Positions 60,829 to 64,000 of a DNA stretch of 64,000 nt are shown piece by piece. The translations under genes were made by a program, and so were the position numbers. Below the pieces are notes generated by a model. That model was not told the origin of the DNA, ran no database searches, and saw only the letters and a list, made by a program, of their open reading frames with translations. The stretch's first letter is position 1. The number at the start of each line of letters is the position of its first letter. Source of the stretch: Candidatus Kerfeldbacteria bacterium (lineage in GTDB: Bacteria; Patescibacteriota; Patescibacteriia; SBBC01; CAIJZX01); NCBI GenBank assembly GCA_963731735.1, contig CAVSWO010000002.1, forward strand, positions 628,257 through 692,256, read 5' to 3'.

Positions 60829-61941
60829 ATGCCAACGCTTGGATTTCGACAGCTTTCTCGGGGCCTCGATTTAGGCCTGCTGACCGTCACGGTCTTGCTG
60901 GTGCTGTTTGGGTTGGCGGCGCTGTATAGCTTTTCGATTAACATCGCCCAGCCGGACTATACAATTTTGATTCGCCAGGCAATCTTTGCGCTGACCGGAT
61001 TTATCCTAGCCTGGATCTTTTTACGTATCGATTATCGGTTCCTGGGTGGGATGCATTGGTTGCTGTATGGTCTGGGGTTGTTGATGTTGCTGGCGGTCTT
61101 GGTGTTTGGCACGACCGTTCGGGGTACGACCGGTTGGTTCGAGGTGGCCGGATTTCAACTGCAACCCGTTGAATTGGTAAAAATAATTTTGACCATCACC
61201 TTGGCAAAATATTTTGCTGACCATGCCCATCGTGATACGCCACTGCGGTTAGTCTTGACCAGCGGATTGATCGCGGCCGGCGCGGTCGGGCTGGTGCTGC
61301 TGCAGCCGGATTTTGGATCGGCCATGATCCTGCTCGGCATTTGGGTAGCCTTACTCTTTGTTTTACCTATTCCGCGCCGGATATTTATCTGGTTAGGACT
61401 GGGACTAGTGGTCGTCAGCGCCGTCAGCTGGGTGGCACTGCTGCAGCCTTATCAGAAGGAACGCATCCTGAATGTACTGTCGCCGAGTCGTGATCCGCTG
61501 GGTACCGGCTATAACGTCCGGCAAGCCATCACGGCGGTCGGGGCGGGGCAAATTTTTGGTCGGGGTTTAGGCTTGGGTACGCAGTCGCAGCTGAATTTTC
61601 TCCCGGAACGGCACACCGACTTTATCTTTGCATCAATTGCCGAGGAATTGGGCCTGGTCGGGAGCTTGGCGATTGTGCTGCTCTTGAGTTTGTTTTTTTG
61701 GCGACTTTGGCACCTAGTTCGGCATCTGCGGGATGATTATAGTTTGTTGCTGGTGCTGGGATTAGGAATCATGTTTTTTATCCAAGCCGGCATCAATATC
61801 CTGATGAATATCGGACTCTTTCCGGTGACCGGACTCCCGCTGCCGTTCATTTCGTATGGGGGGAGTTCGCTGTTGGCCAGTTTAATCGCGGTTGGGATTA
61901 TTGAAAGTATTATCATTCGTCAGGGGAGCCGAGTTCGCTAG
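60829..61941 (+). CDS. SEDS family cell-wall polymerase (RodA/FtsW)
   Basis: A 10-TM protein with GFQLQPVELVKI and FIFASIAEELG motifs. Confidence 0.8.
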   Translation: MPTLGFRQLSRGLDLGLLTVTVLLVLFGLAALYSFSINIAQPDYTILIRQAIFALTGFILAWIFLRIDYRFLGGMHWLLYGLGLLMLLAVLVFGTTVRGTTGWFEVAGFQLQPVELVKIILTITLAKYFADHAHRDTPLRLVLTSGLIAAGAVGLVLLQPDFGSAMILLGIWVALLFVLPIPRRIFIWLGLGLVVVSAVSWVALLQPYQKERILNVLSPSRDPLGTGYNVRQAITAVGAGQIFGRGLGLGTQSQLNFLPERHTDFIFASIAEELGLVGSLAIVLLLSLFFWRLWHLVRHLRDDYSLLLVLGLGIMFFIQAGINILMNIGLFPVTGLPLPFISYGGSSLLASLIAVGIIESIIIRQGSRVR

Positions 61942-61979
61942 AATGAACCCTGTCCCGTTCGAACACCGACAGTTCGGGG

Positions 61980-62007
61980 TTGACATTCGCTTCGCCCATG
62001 GTATAGT
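61980..62007 (+). promoter_or_regulatory. sigma70-like promoter (TTGACA-16-TATAGT)
   Basis: Hexamers read directly from the sequence. Confidence 0.5.
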
Positions 62008-62036
62008 AGCGGCAGCGAACCATAATTATTTCTCAC

Positions 62037-62384
62037 ATGTTCGCTGATGCGCAACATGGCGGCTCGGGAAACATGCAGATTTTAACTGCCTGCCCGCTCT
62101 GCCAAGCCAATTACAACCCGCTCAAAACCCAAATCATGGCCGAGCGGGAAGACGCGCACCTCCTCTACTTGGAATGCCGCCGATGCGGCAGTTCGGTGGT
62201 GGCGGTCGTGACTACTGGAACAAGCGGTCTCCAATCGGTCGGAGCCGTGACGGATTTGTCGAGCCAAGAATTGGTTCGATTCCAGGATCGGCGGCCGGTG
62301 CAACTTGATGATGTACTTGATTTGTCGAGTTGGCTGGATGACCATGAACATCAGGTGCGAACCCTGGTCGCGCTACCCACATAA
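62037..62384 (+). CDS. small zinc-ribbon protein (start possibly ATG 62073)
   Basis: The Cys pattern is CPLCQ...CRRCG. No other motif recognised. Confidence 0.4.
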   Translation: MFADAQHGGSGNMQILTACPLCQANYNPLKTQIMAEREDAHLLYLECRRCGSSVVAVVTTGTSGLQSVGAVTDLSSQELVRFQDRRPVQLDDVLDLSSWLDDHEHQVRTLVALPT

Positions 62385-62415
62385 TTATTGATTTCTCGAC
62401 GAAAGGAAGAACTGC

Positions 62416-63132
62416 ATGGAAGCTCTCGTATTGCCGGCCCGGACCCGTACCGCGCTTGGTAAACAAGCAAAAAGTGTTTTACACAAACACGCCATCCCGG
62501 CCGTCCTGTATGGCCATGGCGTTACCAACCGTAATCTCGAAATTGACGGTCTGGTGTTTGGAAAAATTTTTCGACAAGCCGGAAGTTCAAGTTTGGTGGA
62601 CCTGACTATTGATGACGGTCAAGCCATTAAGGTCCTGATCCACGACGTCCAACGTCACCCAACCAGTGACGATTTTACGCACGTTGATTTGTACCAGGTC
62701 AAGATGACCGAAAAGATCGAGACCGACATTGCCCTGAATTTTATTGGTGAATCGCCGGCTGTGAAAGAGCAGGGAGGTATCTTAGTCCGTCCGATGGATG
62801 AAATTCGCGTCAGTTGTTTACCGGGTGACCTGGTTCATGCGATTGATGTTGATATTAGTCAGCTCAAAACGTTTGAAGATCACATTCGGATTCAGGATTT
62901 GCCGATTCCGTCGGGCCTGACCGTGCTGGATGATGTGGAGGCGATTGTGGCCAGCGTGACGCCGCCGCGTTCGGAAGCGGAAATTGAGGCGCTGGATAGC
63001 GCCGTAGCCGAAGATGTGTCAACCGTCGAAAAGGTTGAAGAAAAGAAAGACGCCGAGTCGGACGAAGATGCGGAGGCTGAGACCGGCGACAAAAAACCCG
63101 AAGCCAAGAAAGAAGCAAAGAAAGACGAGTAA
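62416..63132 (+). CDS. rplY: 50S ribosomal protein L25 / general stress protein Ctc, with a Lys/Glu-rich C-terminal tail
   Basis: The L25 N-terminal beta-barrel reads LPARTRTALGKQAKSVLHKHAIPAVLYGHG. Confidence 0.8.
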   Translation: MEALVLPARTRTALGKQAKSVLHKHAIPAVLYGHGVTNRNLEIDGLVFGKIFRQAGSSSLVDLTIDDGQAIKVLIHDVQRHPTSDDFTHVDLYQVKMTEKIETDIALNFIGESPAVKEQGGILVRPMDEIRVSCLPGDLVHAIDVDISQLKTFEDHIRIQDLPIPSGLTVLDDVEAIVASVTPPRSEAEIEALDSAVAEDVSTVEKVEEKKDAESDEDAEAETGDKKPEAKKEAKKDE

Positions 63133-63197
63133 TGCAAAGCCCCGGCGGCCTACGGCCGCCGGGGCACCACCATTTCGCATGTTGTTTGATCACTAAT

Positions 63198-64000
63198 CGT
63201 TCACCCCATGCCCAAGAAAAACAAAAAGAAAAAAGGGATGCCGGAGGCCGAGGCCGCCGACCGCCCAAAGGATTCGACTACCAGTCCAGTCGAGCCGGTG
63301 AAAGCTGACGACACGGCTTCGACGGATACGCAACCGAAGGACGCGACTCCGACGACCACACCCAGTACTGGCGGACCGACGGTCGTCAAGAAAGAAGTCA
63401 AACGCGGATTGAAGCCGACCCACCTCTGGATTATTATCCTGGTGGCTGGATTGTTATTGATCGGGGGCGCGACTTGGGCCGGGATGCAAATTTTTGGGCC
63501 ACAGAGTCCGAGCGTGGTCCATCCGGCAACCAACACCAAGACCACCGCCTTTTATCGGAAACTCGATGGCATGCCGGTCGAGGAAGATAAAGTCAATCCG
63601 AATCTGTACGCGGTTATGATCGAAAACCTGACCGATTCGCGACCGCCCTCCGGACTCGATAAAGCGCCGGTCGTGTATGAAGCGTTGGCGGAAGGCGGAA
63701 TTACCCGCTTTATGGCCATCTTCCCGATCACCGTCAAGGTCGACGAAATCGGACCGGTCCGTTCGTCGCGTCGGTATTATATTGATTGGGCCGAAGAATA
63801 CAACAAACCGCTTTACATTCATGCCGGCGGAGCGCCGAACGCGCTCAGCTATCTCAAGAGCAGCGCCAACGTGATTGATTTTAACCAGTTTTATCACGCC
63901 GGAAACTTCTGGCGCGATAAGACCAGATTCGCCCCGCATAACCTGTATACGTCCTCCGATAAGTTATTCCTGGGTTTGAAACAAGTGGCACCGGATAACG
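63198..64000 (+). CDS. DUF3048-like (YerB-type) exported protein, 3' end runs off the window
   Basis: A basic/Pro/Thr-rich N-terminus and a TM segment are followed by YAVMIENLTDSRPPSGL...VYEALAEGGITRFMAIF...GPVRSSRRYYI, which matches the DUF3048 pattern. No stop is reached before the window end. Confidence 0.5.

Overview
This 64 kb window comes from a moderately high-GC bacterial genome with streamlined housekeeping genes: short MetRS and PheS, ThrRS without the N-terminal TGS domain, and a short AtpH. That pattern is compatible with a small-genome or CPR-like lineage, but the call is uncertain. The core content is typical. It covers a PgsA-like gene, a ClpC-like ATPase, glyQS, an M16 peptidase, an AI-2E transporter, rsmI, metG, cvpA, tatD, rmuC and a full F0F1 ATP synthase operon. 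It also covers a FabH-like KAS III, a UvrD-type helicase fused to a Cas4/AddB-like Fe-S nuclease, pheST, gyrB, secE-nusG-rplK-rplA, tmk-thyA-folA, gatB, miaA, thrS, dnaE, a SEDS protein and rplY. Several things stand out against that background, in order of weight. (1) A compact AT-rich accessory island at about 30.0-34.5 kb sits beside a tRNA-Arg. It encodes two SAM-methyltransferases, a P-loop kinase, a NUDIX hydrolase and two small proteins. The kinase gene is bracketed by near-perfect 24-bp inverted repeats. A YTYCGTACAAC / GCGCTGTTGTACG motif family recurs through the island, and its sigma70-like promoters carry palindromic operators. (2) A roughly 530-nt non-coding, highly structured stretch lies next to tRNA-Arg. 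It contains a 112-nt tRNA-like gene with an 8-bp acceptor stem, a 4-bp T-stem and a ~42-46-nt extra arm. That architecture resembles tRNA-Sec or the described allo-tRNAs. (3) atpA and atpG both carry apparent frameshifts, as do a DUF2029-like gene and possibly the NUDIX gene. (4) Several insertions break conserved operons. An HD-domain gene sits inside the atp operon, and a two-repeat membrane protein sits between rplK and rplA. A membrane-anchored ClpC-like ATPase carries DnaJ-type zinc fingers. (5) There are compositionally foreign patches. One is a GC3-rich gene trio with consensus promoters at 24.6-27 kb. Another is a low-GC HExxH-protease gene next to a very GC-rich cluster of small zinc-ribbon ORFs at 42.5-44.2 kb. 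No CRISPR array, rRNA gene, integrase or transposase was seen. All coordinates and composition statements are by-eye estimates from the raw sequence.
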